A stretch of DNA of 63,725 nucleotides, filler included, from Reticulomyxa filosa (taxonomy: Eukaryota; Protista; Foraminifera): assembly GCA_000512085.1 (NCBI GenBank). It is 20 parts of 20 records of this genome, joined end to end, with 100 filler letters (N's around TTAATTAATTAA, not from the genome) between each part and the next. Parts side by side here need not be neighbours in the genome. Positions count along the whole stretch, not along the records: positions 11,371 to 13,808 come from ASPP01035316.1; positions 13,909 to 24,173 come from ASPP01005182.1; positions 24,274 to 25,726 come from ASPP01011239.1; positions 25,827 to 26,861 come from ASPP01033350.1; 16 more parts are not named here. The stretch is one strand, 5' to 3'. Under the pieces are notes generated by a model. It had not been told where the DNA came from and searched no databases. It saw only the letters and a list, made by a program, of their open reading frames with translations. Below, in pieces: positions 12,854 through 26,067 of this stretch (the stretch's first letter is position 1; each line of letters opens with the position of its first letter). A program made the position numbers and the translations under genes.

Positions 12854-13992
12854 AGACATCATCTCTACATTTGAATTTGACTGATAAAAGATATTATGGG
12901 AAAAATAAATTAAAAGAGAACAATTAAATAAATCGTTTATAGAGTGGCAATTTAACATTTTTTTTTATTAGAGCTATTCCATAACCCAACAAAATACGTC
13001 GTTTGTAAGGATTTGTACTTTTTTCCTTTTTTTTTGTAAACGTTGAACAATTAGAAGTTCATTCCAATCATGGAAACAATAAAATATTATAGCTGGCATT
13101 ATGTTTTGATGTTTTTTTTTTTGCAAACTTGTACTTTTTGTATTACAATAATATCTTTGCTACTCAATCTTCGAGAAAATTTATTCAATTACTTTCTACC
13201 TACATGACGGCAAGAAGATATAACTTCAGATCTTTTTTTGCCAGGAATTCCGTTTTTGCACATTAGACGCTTACACGTCGCCCTTTTGTAGTACTTGATA
13301 TAAATGAACTATCTAATGTTATTTTTTTCTTGCTACCAACTCTAACAATAGAATTCATAAATTCTAGTTGTCAGTTTTTTCAAAGACACAATTACGCTAA
13401 AACATCAAATTCAGAAATTTTTTTTACAGTGAATAGAATTTTAAGAAAGATATTAGGTGAACTTAAAGAAGTGCGTTGAAATTAATTAAAAAAAAACAAA
13501 AATTTCACAAAGAGAAATTTTTTAGTTACAAAATTTGAGACAGTACCAAGCACTACAACAGAACATGCCACCAACTTTGCGTTTGAACTTTGCTTCATCT
13601 TCGCTTACTGGCACCACTTTCCAACCGCTCCACAGACAGTTTTGACCTATGTTGTATAAGTGTGTATTGATCATACATGTTTTCATCACATTATAAGAAA
13701 AACTATAACTTGGAATTACGATAATGATCAGATCACTACTTCCCATTGTTCATGTTCTTCAATTAATCGTTGGCACATTACACAATGTGGATCTTCAATT
13801 TTTTTTTTNNNNNNNNNNNNNNNNNNNNNNNNNNNNNNNNNNNNNNNNNNNNTTAATTAATTAANNNNNNNNNNNNNNNNNNNNNNNNNNNNNNNNNNNN
13901 NNNNNNNNTTACGCAAAATATCCCTCTTGTTTATTGCTGTTATTATTATTATAACGGACATATGCGTTTTTTTTTTTTTTTTTTTTGAAAAG

Positions 13993-14589
13993 ATTCATTT
14001 GGACTTGTACTACGTGATCGAATGCGGCAGGAACTGTTTGGATGGAAGGAAAAGAAAAACACGACGGGAAATGCAGGGAAGGAGGGAAGTGCGCCGCAGA
14101 GATACGCATTGACCCATATATTTAATAGTATGTACGAGTTGAAGCATACCTTGCTTCAAGATATTACCAACATTGCGACCAAGTGCGCAGAAATCACGTT
14201 TTTCGAAACATCAAAAAAGTCTTTTTTTGGAGGGGAAAGAAAAGGCTCAAGAGCGCAAGGAGAGAATGAAGGGTCACCTCACAAAATGAAATCCCAGAGA
14301 TTCTCCATTACGGAGAATGATAACAACCACAATAGCAATAATAGTAATAATAATAACAATAATAATAATAATGATAATAACAATAACAACAACAATAATA
14401 ACAATGATAATAATAAAAGTGAAGAAAACAATGATAATGTATCAGCTTCGTGGATTGATGCCGAGTTAGTGAACATTAGGAATGAAGTGATAACAGCGAC
14501 AGGCAAGGTGGAAGGTGGAGTCAGTAAGAGTGAATTTGCGCAGTGGTGGCAGACCGAAAAGACGGAAGAGGAGGAGGACGAGAAAGCTG

Positions 14590-14626
<37 letters not shown>

Positions 14627-15520
14627 GCAAGCAGAGAGAGAGAAGGAAAGGAGATATTCGGAGTATTCTTACGAAAAGGAGATGGATGAAATGGACGAAA
14701 TCTTTTATGAATTAAAATCCATTTTGTTGTGTTCCGACTTTGTTCGCATGTTTCTCCTATGCTTTCAACATTATATCGAGCTGTATTTCTACGACGTCAT
14801 CAATCCCACTCAGTCACAAAAGCAGCAGCTGCTTGTCCCACCAGCAGTTTCCAACGCCGATCGAAAAAAGGTCGCGCCCAATGACCAGCAACAACAATTT
14901 CCTTTTTCCAAAGTTTTGTTTTTATTTTATTTTCATCCGAGTTCTTCTATCTATCTTTTTTCCTCTCTCGTTTATTCACTCTTTTTTTTTTTTTTAATAA
15001 CATTTCATTCTTGAAATAAGGTGATGACACTCGTGCTTCGACATTTTGACCACCTGACAAAGTTAAAAAATACAGTGGAACATAACATTGATCCGATCAA
15101 AAAACCGAAACTGGCTTTTGAGGAATGGAGCAAGATTATGAAGCGCTTAGACTCTTTTCAGCCCCTCACCGACTTCTTAGCGGTGATTGGTGGTGATTTT
15201 GTTGATCCTTCATCACCTCTTTATATTGATCCCAATATGACTCAAAACTTATCGCTTGCAACGATAGATTCACCTCTTGATCCACAATATAGCTACCACC
15301 AAACCGATTCGCGTGCCATCGGCACTCTAATTTTCTCACAAATGATAACGGAGTTTTTAGTTTGGTTCTCTCTAAAGTTTGGAGCTTGACTACCTTTGCA
15401 TCGCAACAAATACATCCACATGAAGATGAGGAGGTTACCACATCAAACGCTACTGAACGTGTTGTTGATAAATATAAGCAGTCCGCCACTAGTGTTGAAG
15501 TTGGTAATCAAAGTAAATAG
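13993..15520 (+). CDS. PEX3: Peroxin Pex3-like protein, C-terminal part
   Basis: EIFYELKSILLCSDFVRMFLLCF, FPFSK/VMTLV (intron 14913-15020) and RLDSFQPLTDFLAVI parallel the Pex3 LLNETRDxLESPDF, LPLAKIIP and V.DFAA.V segments in order. Poly-N inserts are present. The 3' end is uncertain (15389, or 15520 after a frameshift). Confidence 0.55.
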
Positions 15521-16149
15521 TAAAATAGTTTTCTTTCTTTTCCTTGACCCATTCTCACTTTTCATCTCTTCATCAAAACACGCAAGAAAAACCAAATTTG
15601 CAATACCACCCTGCTTTTTTTCAAATCAGTCAAATCTGTCATGACAACTAGTTGTTTCAATATTTTTAATTTTTTTTTTTGGTATGTTTCTCAGAACAAG
15701 ACCAAAAAAAAAGTTTTATTTCATAATTTTGATATTACCAAAAAAAAATCTTCAATTATTGAGAATTTTACAGCAACAAACATTGCAAAAAAGTCTTACT
15801 TGCAGGTTCAGTACGCAATTTTTCTTTCGCTTCCGATCACAATCAGTAATTCAAGTTTTCACTGAGCACTTTCCTGTATCCAACAGTTGTGAAAAATCCA
15901 ACTAATTTTACTGAAATTAACAACTAATTTTTTTGATAGAGCATAAACTACTATTTCTTAGAGAGAATGATAATCTGGTATCACCAAAATTTGTAATATC
16001 CAACAGTTGTATCATTTCATATTTTATTAAGTTGTATTAAAAAAGAGTATGAGTTTCGTCTGAGGTTATGTATTTAATTTAATTTTTTTAGCTATGGGAT
16101 AGCAGGTTGAAACTTCTTCCATCATTGTATACAATATCTTCGTATTAGT

Positions 16150-19100
16150 ATGCAAAGTTCTGCGTCCTTGCAGAAATTATTTGCCAATGAAAGACGCGAA
16201 AATAATATCAATTCAGATGAACAATATGCAACAGCCCAAAAGGACATAGTATTTGAAAATGAAGATAGATTTAATCAAAATACTGAATCTTTTGCCTATG
16301 GACCCAAATGTGCTGCTACTACAAATGATATCTCACAAGCCATATTGGAGTTAGAAAAAGAAATTCAAACAGCGGTAACAGCCATCCAAAAAGGATTTTT
16401 TATTCAAAATAACGCTGTCAAGAATGAAAAGGAAGAAAAACGACTCAAAAATATCAATAACTCCGAAGAAAAAGAAAAACAAGAATACTATGATTAAATA
16501 GTCAAAAAGCATCAGCAAAACATCTTGTAGCTTCAAGTAACGAGCTTCCAGAGATCCGGAATCAAAAAAGAGCCTTATTGAAGCAATTTTTGTTGAAAGA
16601 CCAACACAACATTAATCCAACCAACGAGTCTTCTACAAAATTGGAAAACACAGATCGCTGGGATTCATCCAGCGCGGAAAAGGAGGCACAAAAAACTAAA
16701 AATTCATATAATGATACAACTGAGTCGCCAGCAGAAGAAAATGATTCTATTACTACTGCCTTGAGGTCCAACGACATCTCTTCAGTGGCCGCACGGGCAA
16801 TAAGAGATAAAGAGGAAGTGGACACAACTCAAGGCACCTGTTTGTGCTCTTTTTTTTCTCAAGCATTTTCTCTCTTTTTAATATCTTAAAAGACAATGAA
16901 AGATTTTTTCACTGTTGAAACTACTTCTGTCTGCCCCAATTGAAATGATACTCGAACCAAATCATAAATATAGACAATCCAAACTCTGCTCCTTGTTCAC
17001 AACAATATTTGCAAGCACAGTTGTCAGAATTGTTGGGTGAAATTGGTATATTTCAGAAAAGAATTCAATCTTTGTTCCTTTTTTTACTATCTGTCCAAAA
17101 GAACTAATATTTCGCCTTGGAAAAAAATGATAGAGACAGCCCAACATGATTTCGAAAAAAGTGTCAAGAGACACAACAAGAACGACTTACTCCCAACAAG
17201 AGAAAGCTACTTCAAAGAGACAAATCCCATCAATTCTCAAGAGAAAGTTGCACATATGGATATAAATCCCACTTGCACTGAAAATGGGAATGCGGTATGT
17301 AGTAAGGTTCGAAAGAACATCACCAAAAGTGCTTTGTGTACCCCTTTTTTTAGTTCGTCTAGTGTTACGTTTTTGTACACTTTTCCAGACGCAATATTTC
17401 GAAAATGATTGTCCGTACAACGCTGACTTTTTTCTTTCGGAAAACAAAGAAGTCAGAAACTCTACAAATGAAAATGACCATGATTGTCTTGAAAAAGATC
17501 CTACATTTTGGAATAAGAAATTGGATGTTGCTGAAATACAGTCCCCAAACACAATAACAAGAACAGGCCAATTTGCAGAATATACATCGAGTCCTCTCGA
17601 AGTTAAATGAGAAAGAATCTTCTCAAAATAGTAGCTAAAAGAAGAATGCAGTTTACTTTCGTTTGTTTTGTGATTAAATATCAATTCAGTATTCATTTCA
17701 AGCAGATGAGGAGACATTACGAAACACAAACCAGTCCAAAGCATTATCAGCTTCATTTTTAATGCGACAAGAAAAATGGAGCCAATTGAAAGAAAAAAAA
17801 TTGGAAATAGAAAAACAAAGAGTCCAAGAGTGGACAAACAAACAGTGTACATTTGTCCCAAATGTTACAAGCAATGCAATTGGTGTTTCACAACATTTGA
17901 TTAGCAACAATGTTGACTCCCCTTTCAGTATCTTTAACAAAGGCAGAAGCGCAATGCACAACATTCGTGCCGAAAGACTTCGAGAAGAATTACAAAAAAA
18001 ACAAGAAAACGAGTTCACTGCCAATTGCACATTCGCACCTCACATTAACAAGAGGTTTGCAAGTGAGGGAGAAGTATTGAATTTTTTTCTGTCTTAATAA
18101 AATAAGGATGTACATACAAAAAATATATTGCAGATCACGTCAAATTGCCAGAAGAGCACGAAGACATCCAAAGTTACGACGGTGTGCGTCCACTCACACC
18201 AATCGAAGACCTCACCACAAATCAAATAACTTTATCCTGCACAAAGATGACAGCAACTTGGAAGAATGTAGCTTTGTTCCTCAAACATACTCCAAAAAAC
18301 CTTGTGTGCGCTCAGTCCACATCAAAGAATACCTTGAGCAAAATCCATTCTACCGACTAAATCGAACTGCGAAACTAACTGCCGGTTCTGAGACAGATAC
18401 CAACAATAAAAATGCTTCATGTGAAGCTGAGAGCAACATGTCAAATGATAATTTAGCGTCTACTATTGAAGCACAAGTTGGCAACTCGACATCTCCCAAT
18501 AGACTGACTTTGGTACTTTTATATGATGACGTTATTTTGTCAAACAAAAAAAACCTAATAAACTTGTTTTTAACGAAAAACAGAAACGATCAAAAGAATT
18601 TTTTGAGAAATTAGAAAAATATAACGAAAAAAAACAAAGAAAACTGGAAAAACTTGAACAAGACTCCATGCCTTCAGTTTAGTAATTTTCGTTTCCGTTA
18701 GTCCTTATATTTTAAGTTTTTTAAATCTCTTTTGTTTCTTACAGTTTCAGCCAGTCATAGACGAAAAGTCAGCAAAAATGGCACAAGAAATACCACAAAA
18801 ATTTTATGCTAGGCAACTGAAAAAACTTGGAAATCCGACAAAATTTTAAACAAAAAGTTTAATCATCCATTTGTTTTTTATTTTTTCTGCAATTTTTTCA
18901 ATTTCTTTTGCTTCATATTTTATAATCCCTTCAAAAAAGGAAATCAAAGAATTTGAGACAGCATTCCGGTTTCAGCCCGAATTGAATAAAAAATCATTGC
19001 AAATAGTGAAAAAGTTGCCTCGTTTAGGGCCAGGCTTGTCTCGTAAGGGTTTTTACGTTTACTTAGCAAAGAACGACGAAGATCCTCAGGATCAAAAACG

Positions 19101-19815
19101 TTATGAAAATAAAAAACTGTTGGAAAGCAATTCCAAATTGCAAAATTATTTATCAGTAAATGTTCACCATAGATTATATTATGAGACCAACAACAGTCAC
19201 AAATCCCAAAAAGATGAGGATCCAAGCCCAACAAATCCTGAAAACTGCAAAGTGGATCCCCCCAGTGAGACAATAAACATTCTTTGTTGGAAAAAAAATT
19301 GCAACTTGTTTTAAAAATTCTTAACTACAGATGAGTGCGAAAAAAAAGAGTGTCCTGAAAATATTAAAACCATAAACGATGCCGAATTGCAAGAATTCAT
19401 ATCTAGACAAAGGGAATATGAAAATTGCCGCAAAAAACGAATACAAAAATTGTGGCAAATATTTCACGAGCAAGAATGTGTTTTTGATGACTCTGTTGGA
19501 GAAGATAAGGACAGTGAAAATACAAATCTTACGAATCAAGAAAATACACCGACAAGCAATCAAGGTAAGTGAATATCACCACAAAAATTTATTTTGGATG
19601 CTTTCATTAAGGCCAAGATGACAATTAGACAAAAAATTTTTAAATTTATGTGTTTGTTTTGTGGAGTGCCTAAGAAAAAACGAAGAAACCAATCAGCGAC
19701 AAACAATAACGACGCCAAACAAAAAAATAAACATAGCAAGAATGAACTTCCGATGACTTATACAAAAATTTTCACGAAAAACGAAAAGTCCAAACAAAAC
19801 TTCACAACAGAGTAA
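16150..19815 (+). CDS. Multi-exon CTFxPxIN-repeat protein (TPX2/FAM161-like repeats), frameshifted in the 5' half
   Basis: Repeats CTFVPNV, CTFAPHINKR, CSFVPQT, PS/FQPVIDEKS and FRFQPELNKKS, plus FYRL and HHRLYYE motifs. Several GT-AG introns. Frame breaks near 16495, 16940, 17300-17400 and 17610. Confidence 0.6.
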
Positions 19816-20124
19816 ATACCTACTCTAATACCTATCAAAACCTCATGCAAAAATATAATTAAAAGTAATCAAATGTCGTTATACCAATATTATCGACTTT
19901 CTACGCATGTTACAAACATTGTTATTAATATATTGCAATTGAGATAATTACTCTTTACATCATAATTTATTTGAAAATAAACTATGCTTATCAAAACTTT
20001 CTATGATTTCCAATCTTAATTAGTTGAAAAATTTATTTTTTTGTGAAACAAAGTTTAATTATATGTAGATTTTCCAAGTCAAAAATCGACATTTTTTCAA
20101 AAAATATACAAATATTCAAAATAC

Positions 20125-20321
20125 TGTATGTCAAGTCCATATTATAAGTATCTGAACGCCAAGGGAACGGAAGAATCCACAGTAGGTTAAACTTCATCGA
20201 CATACTTCTTACTTTCTTACTTTTCTTTTGTTATCTTGTTTTATTATTTAAATTACTTTCGTTTTACGAAACTTCGATTCTCTTCTAAGTAAACACCTCT
20301 CGTATTACAGTTGGTGCACCA
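20125..20321 (+). mobile_element. LTR-like dispersed element, copy 1
   Basis: Starts TGTA at 20125, has TACA at 20306-20309, then the TTGGTGCACCAA palindrome. ATAC flanks both sides (20121-24 and 20322-25). About 170 bp are homologous to the reverse complement of 43813-43990. Confidence 0.6.
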
Positions 20322-21480
20322 ATACTATCAGCAGAAATCACAAAATACATTTCATTTTATTCTACAATTTTTTGTTAGTTATAAATATTTTTGCAACATT
20401 TTATTTTACTTCATTAGTTTTTGTAAGTTTTAGCCAATCTTGTTTGTTTTAATTTTTTTTAATTTAAGTCAGTACGTTAGAATAAATCTTTATATATTTT
20501 TAAAGGTTTAAGTTCGTGTTTTTACAATTTGTTTTATTTTTTGTTGTAATTATAATTATAACTTTGACACGAATTTTTGTTATTGTTAACATTTAGACTT
20601 ATGATTATTTTCGATATTTAAAATATATTATCTTCATAATGTGCTATTTTGATTTGTTAGTACTTTTGCCACTACAAATACTTGTCAACATCTACAATAT
20701 ATATAATCATGTCAAAGCAATATCGTTATAATAAATCATACTAAAATTGAAAAATAACGAAAATAAATACTAATATATACAGCAAAACTCATTGGATAAA
20801 ATTTAATTTTAGCTATAAGATCCAAAACAATAATCGTTACAAACTTGATTAACTGACATTTAGAAACATACTAACAACGACAATATCCATAACATTTGAA
20901 ACGACATTGCATATGTATATAATAACTACGTCAACAACAATAGCGTGTAAGACAACAAAAACTTAATTTAACGAGTACAAATGAAGAATGAAAATGTTAT
21001 GATATCAAACGTGTTACTATATCTTAAATTTATTTAAGTTAATATATCTGTGATAGATTGCGTTTTAAAAAAAAAAGGAACGACAAAAGTTTAAACAAAA
21101 AAGACTGGACCCTTTTTTAGTACGTTTTCCTTGAGTATAATTTCTCATTCATTACTATTACCTTAAAACCAAGGCAATATTTGACATATCTTTGGATCAA
21201 TCAATTTTCTCTCAGACGAAATAATAGTATTTTTTTCGATATTTTTCTCACTTAGGCAGGAGTAACTCGTATTAAATCGAGCAACAAAAAAAGACGTGCA
21301 AAAATGCTGAATAATAAATACTGAACCCCCAAAGTCATTTCAAAATCACTTAAATAAATTTAAAAAACTAGGACTTGGACAATGCAAAACACACTTGTCC
21401 AAAGCCGACAAAACCCAAACCAAACAAATAAACAATATCAAAAACACAACTACTTTTTTTCACAAGACCAAACGGCACGT

Positions 21481-24173
21481 TTAAAACTTGGCTGATTGGT
21501 CACTGCCAATGCTGTTTTGTGCAAGACTTTTCCGACTGTCCATCAAGAGCGGAGCACTTGCATTAGTTGGGTGCAATGACTGGGCAGTGGCTGATACTGG
21601 AGACTGGACATTGCTTTTAGACGAAGAAGCGGAACTTATTGCGTTCTTTTGATCACGTGGTTTAACAAACCTTTGGTCTAAAGTGATGAGTTTTGCTTTC
21701 AATTCCTTGTATTTACTCTTCGCAAAATCTCTTTGAGCTCGCCATTTTTCTGCCTTGCTGCGTATTTTCTCCATTTCTATTTGTACTTTTTTCAGTTTCT
21801 CTTCGTTATCGAAAGTGGAGTGTTGTTCTTTTCTATTGTAAACAAATCCATTTTTTCAAATTAAAAAAGTCTTCTTAGTTACAACAAACAAACAAAATAC
21901 TAAACGAATTTGCAGAAAAGGTGTTCTTTTCTTCTTCCAGCTGGTTCAATTGAGCCACTCGTTTTTCAATTTCTGTTTGCAGCTGCTTTTTTTCCTGGAC
22001 CAAACGCTCACTATGCATAACCAAATATGTAGTGTGCATTTCTTAAAAAAAAATTTGTGCTGATCAAAACAAGTTGAGGAAAATTTAGGCTAAATAAAAA
22101 TGAAAAAAAAAATAATATATATATATGTACATATGTAAAATACCATATGCCTTCCCAATCGGATTGAAGTTGCTTGTTCACTTGTTGCAGCTCTGTCAGT
22201 TTCAGTTGTAAATCATCTCGTTCCTTTTTGAGAAGCTGTAATTGAGCCTGTGCGTTCAAATTCTTGTCGGCGTTGATGCCTTGCTCTTCATCCATTTTGA
22301 AAGATAGTTGTGAACGCCTTTCTTCCAATGTGTCATCTGTCTGCACTGCGCTTTCTTGCTTTGACGAAACTGATCTTTGTGGATCATCTTCAAAATCAGC
22401 CTCTGACTCTTCTTGTTTGTTCTGGAAGGCTTCCAAGTGTTTTAACTTGCTGGTCAATCGCAACTGTGAACAAACAAAAAAAGATTGTTTTTTTTTTCCT
22501 TTTCCCCTGTCAAGTCATTTGTATACGTTTGCACTGTATATACGTATACAAACACAAACCTTTAAGTCGCTAATTTCAGAACGCAGCTCACTGTTTTCTT
22601 TAACCAAGCGTTCCAACTCTTGCGTATTCTGTATGGAGAGTTGACTCAATTGTTTGTACTTTTCTTCGTATTTATGGCACTGTTGTTGAAGAGTATCACC
22701 ACGATTTGTGATGGAAGCAATTTGAGCAATCAATTGGCGCAAGTAGGAAGGCATGTTTGCGCTAGAGTACGTCGGTTGGATATGTTCGTCAGCAAACGAG
22801 GCACCCATAAACTCGAACACGCCAGAAGTTTCCAAGTCTTTCAATTCCAACTTTTCTTTCAAACGACCAATTGCTTCGTCCAAGGCTTTCATTAATTTTT
22901 CAATGGACGTGTCATTGCCGGACAATGTCTTTTGCAGATTCAGCAAGTCACGTTTCATGGTTTCGTATTGTTTCGAGATTTTCTCAACACTTTGGATCTC
23001 TCGAGCGTTTGCGTCTTTCAATTTTTGGTTGAGTGCGTGCAGTTGCAAATCTTTATCTTTCGCAATTGTTTGCAGCTCTTTCAATTCTTTTCGCTGTTCT
23101 TTTCTGCGCACATTATGGTGCTGCATCTTTTCGTGAAGTTTCAGCTGTTCGTTTTGGCTCTCTTCCAGCTGCTTTTGCACCTGTTCGACCTGGCGCGCCA
23201 AATCTTGGTTTTGCACCTGATAGCCCTTCAACAGTTCATTCTCTTTCGCCAATTGCTGGTATTTTTTCAATGTCTTTTCCAATTGGCTGTCCATACCATT
23301 CACTTTTGTGTCGTGCAGACGTTGCAACTCCTTCAACTCAACATCCACCGACATTTTTTGCTGCAATGCATTTTCCATTCTCGTTTGGCAATCTTTAATC
23401 ATTTTTGCTTGTTTTTCGGTCAATTCTTGGTTCATCTGATTTATCCATAATTTATTTTATTTTATTTTATTTTATTCAGTTTGTGTAGTTTCATTGACAT
23501 AATAAACAAGTACGTATACACATATAAATTGTTGAAACTGAATGCAATTTTTTATTCTCTTGTTTGGTGTTTTCAAGCTGTTCCATGACATCATTGAGCT
23601 GTTCTTCCATATCGTTTCTTTGTTTGCCATGTGTGGACAGTTCATCTTTGGCCAGCTGCAATTGGTTATGTAAATTGTCTCTTTCGGTGGTTAATTCGGT
23701 CATTCGAGTCGCCGACTGCTCCAGCTTTTTTTCCAAATCTTTTTTTTCATGTTCCAAAGCGCTGACATTGATTTTCATGGACTCAATGTCTTGCTTCAAT
23801 TGGGTGTGAATTTGTTCGTATTTCTCGCGAATGTCGTCCTCTTTCTTTGTCCATATATTTCGAATTCGGTCCAACTCTCTTTCAAAATCTTGGCATTTAC
23901 GTTCATGCTCTTCCAGGCCATCCTCTTTCTGTTTCAATTGCACCGTCAGTTGTTCGATCTCTTTGGACAACTTCATTCGCACATTGTTCAACTTCGTCAC
24001 CGCAACGTTCATCGTTGCGATTTTTTCTGTGTATTGCTGCTTCATATGTTCTATGCGTTTTTCATATTTGGCCTTCAAACGCCCTAATAACTCGTTCAAT
24101 TTCTTCACATGATGTCCGTCGCCAGTTGTGCTTTTTGCTGTCAATTCAAACTTGATTCAAACGCACACACACA
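21481..24173 (-). CDS. Long coiled-coil protein, C-terminal exons
   Basis: Successive E/K/Q/L-rich heptad exons (24144-23510, 23437-22560, 22465-22150, 22010-21910, 21835-21481) separated by AT-rich introns. Boundaries are approximate. Confidence 0.8.
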
Positions 24174-24273
24174 NNNNNNNNNNNNNNNNNNNNNNNNNNN
24201 NNNNNNNNNNNNNNNNNTTAATTAATTAANNNNNNNNNNNNNNNNNNNNNNNNNNNNNNNNNNNNNNNNNNNN

Positions 24274-24313
<40 letters not shown>

Positions 24314-24510
24314 GGATGACAGTGGCTGTGTTGAGATAGAACGAACCTTGAAAAGTAGAGTCCTTGTCGAACAGCGACGACAGTCCACGCGCCTTGGACG
24401 CGTTCAACTTCTTCAACTGCTTGTTGAAGTCGTACTGGTGCATTGCTCGAATGCCGTCGTTCGAGCGCATTCGTCCACGCACGCATTTATTGGCTTGGCT
24501 CTGTTCACAT

Positions 24511-24546
<36 letters not shown>

Positions 24547-25104
24547 GCACAAATAGACAAAGTGTTCGGATTTCCACGATCTTTGCAACACAAACACACA
24601 AGTACAAATGATGATAACAACAACAACAACAACAACAAAAAGAGAAATGGAAGTTTATCAACTTGGGACTCAAACACGACAAAAGCACTTCTCAAATGAT
24701 GAAACTCATTGCCACTGGAATTTAATGAAGAAATGCTATGTTGTTGTTGTTGCTGCTGTGATTGCTGTGATTGCTGTGATGATTGGGATGGACTAAGGTT
24801 GTCATGATTGCTCGTAGATACAATGCCTTGATTGATGATCTTTCCTTCTTTTGTGGGAACGTCACCTCGAAACTGCTTCTGTCCTTGCGCTTGTACGTGC
24901 ACAGAGTCCTCCGTCTCGTTGGTCTTTACGCAGCTTATCATTGGACTGTGACTCGACCCAAACTTTTTTGACATTACCAATTGCGCGGTTTCACGATCAG
25001 GAGGTTTCATTTCATTCCCTTCACTATTGTCATTTTCATCGTCATCATCATCATCATTGTCATCATCATCATCATCATTGTCATTGTCATTGTCATTGTC
25101 ATTG

Positions 25105-25138
<34 letters not shown>

Positions 25139-25680
25139 CATTATTATTATTATTATTATTATTATGACTCTTCTTTTTCTTTTTCTTTTTCTTCTTCTTT
25201 TTTTTTTTCTTTTCATCCTCATTGTTTGTCGAATGGATAATCTCTTCCCCATCATTGCTTTGATTGACACTCTGTTCTTTTTGGTTCGATGTACCATTGC
25301 CGCCATCGTCGTCTAAATACACTTTTCGTACGACTCCATACTTGCTGCAAAGCTTGGCAATGTGTTCTTCGGTGGCATTATGCGCCAATCCGTACAAAAA
25401 TACCGTCCGACGCAAGTCACGGTGCTGCTTCGGCTTTGGAGGCTCAAAGTTTGGACGCTTCACTTTCGTCTTGTCCTCACTTAGTACCACTTTGGTCGAG
25501 TTGCGGATTGCTTCCAACACCAGCTCCTCCTTCGTCGTCAGCGTCTTTATCTTCGTCAAATTCGCCACCGTCTTCAACGGCACCCAATACTCGGGGTCTT
25601 CGTGCATTCGTGACAACAGATAATTGTCCATTTTCAAGTTTTCATCACTGAAATGATACTCCACTTGGAATTGAATTTGT
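24274..25680 (-). CDS. La-related RNA-binding protein (La motif + RRM; LARP6/7-like), partial
   Basis: La motif QVEYHFSDENLKMDNYL..WVPLKTVANLTKIK..STKVVLSEDKTKVKR. RRM with RTVFLYGL..KYGVVRKV and RSAFVVFES/QSQANKCV. Intron at about 24502-24663. Confidence 0.9.
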
Positions 25681-26067
25681 TGTTTCTTTTTTTTTTTTTT
25701 TTTTTTTTTTTTTTCTTTTTTAAAAANNNNNNNNNNNNNNNNNNNNNNNNNNNNNNNNNNNNNNNNNNNNTTAATTAATTAANNNNNNNNNNNNNNNNNN
25801 NNNNNNNNNNNNNNNNNNNNNNNNNNCTCATCTTTAACAATAAATGTTTTATCTACTTTCTCACATGATTTCGCTAATTAGAATATACTATCTTTTTTAA
25901 TTTTAATAGTAAAAACAACTTTTGAAATGAATTTTTTTCAAATAATGTGATTTTTGTACCAAAAAAAATTAGAGTTGGTCACAACAAAACTTCTCCAGTT
26001 CAAAAAAACTCCAAAATCAATTCATCTACGTCATCTAATTAAGAAACCAAGAACTAAAAGAAAGAAA

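Noticed and set aside
20148-20200. Hammerhead ribozyme in the dispersed element (CTGAACG..)
   Set aside because: There is no CUGANGA core with a properly placed GAAA and stems.
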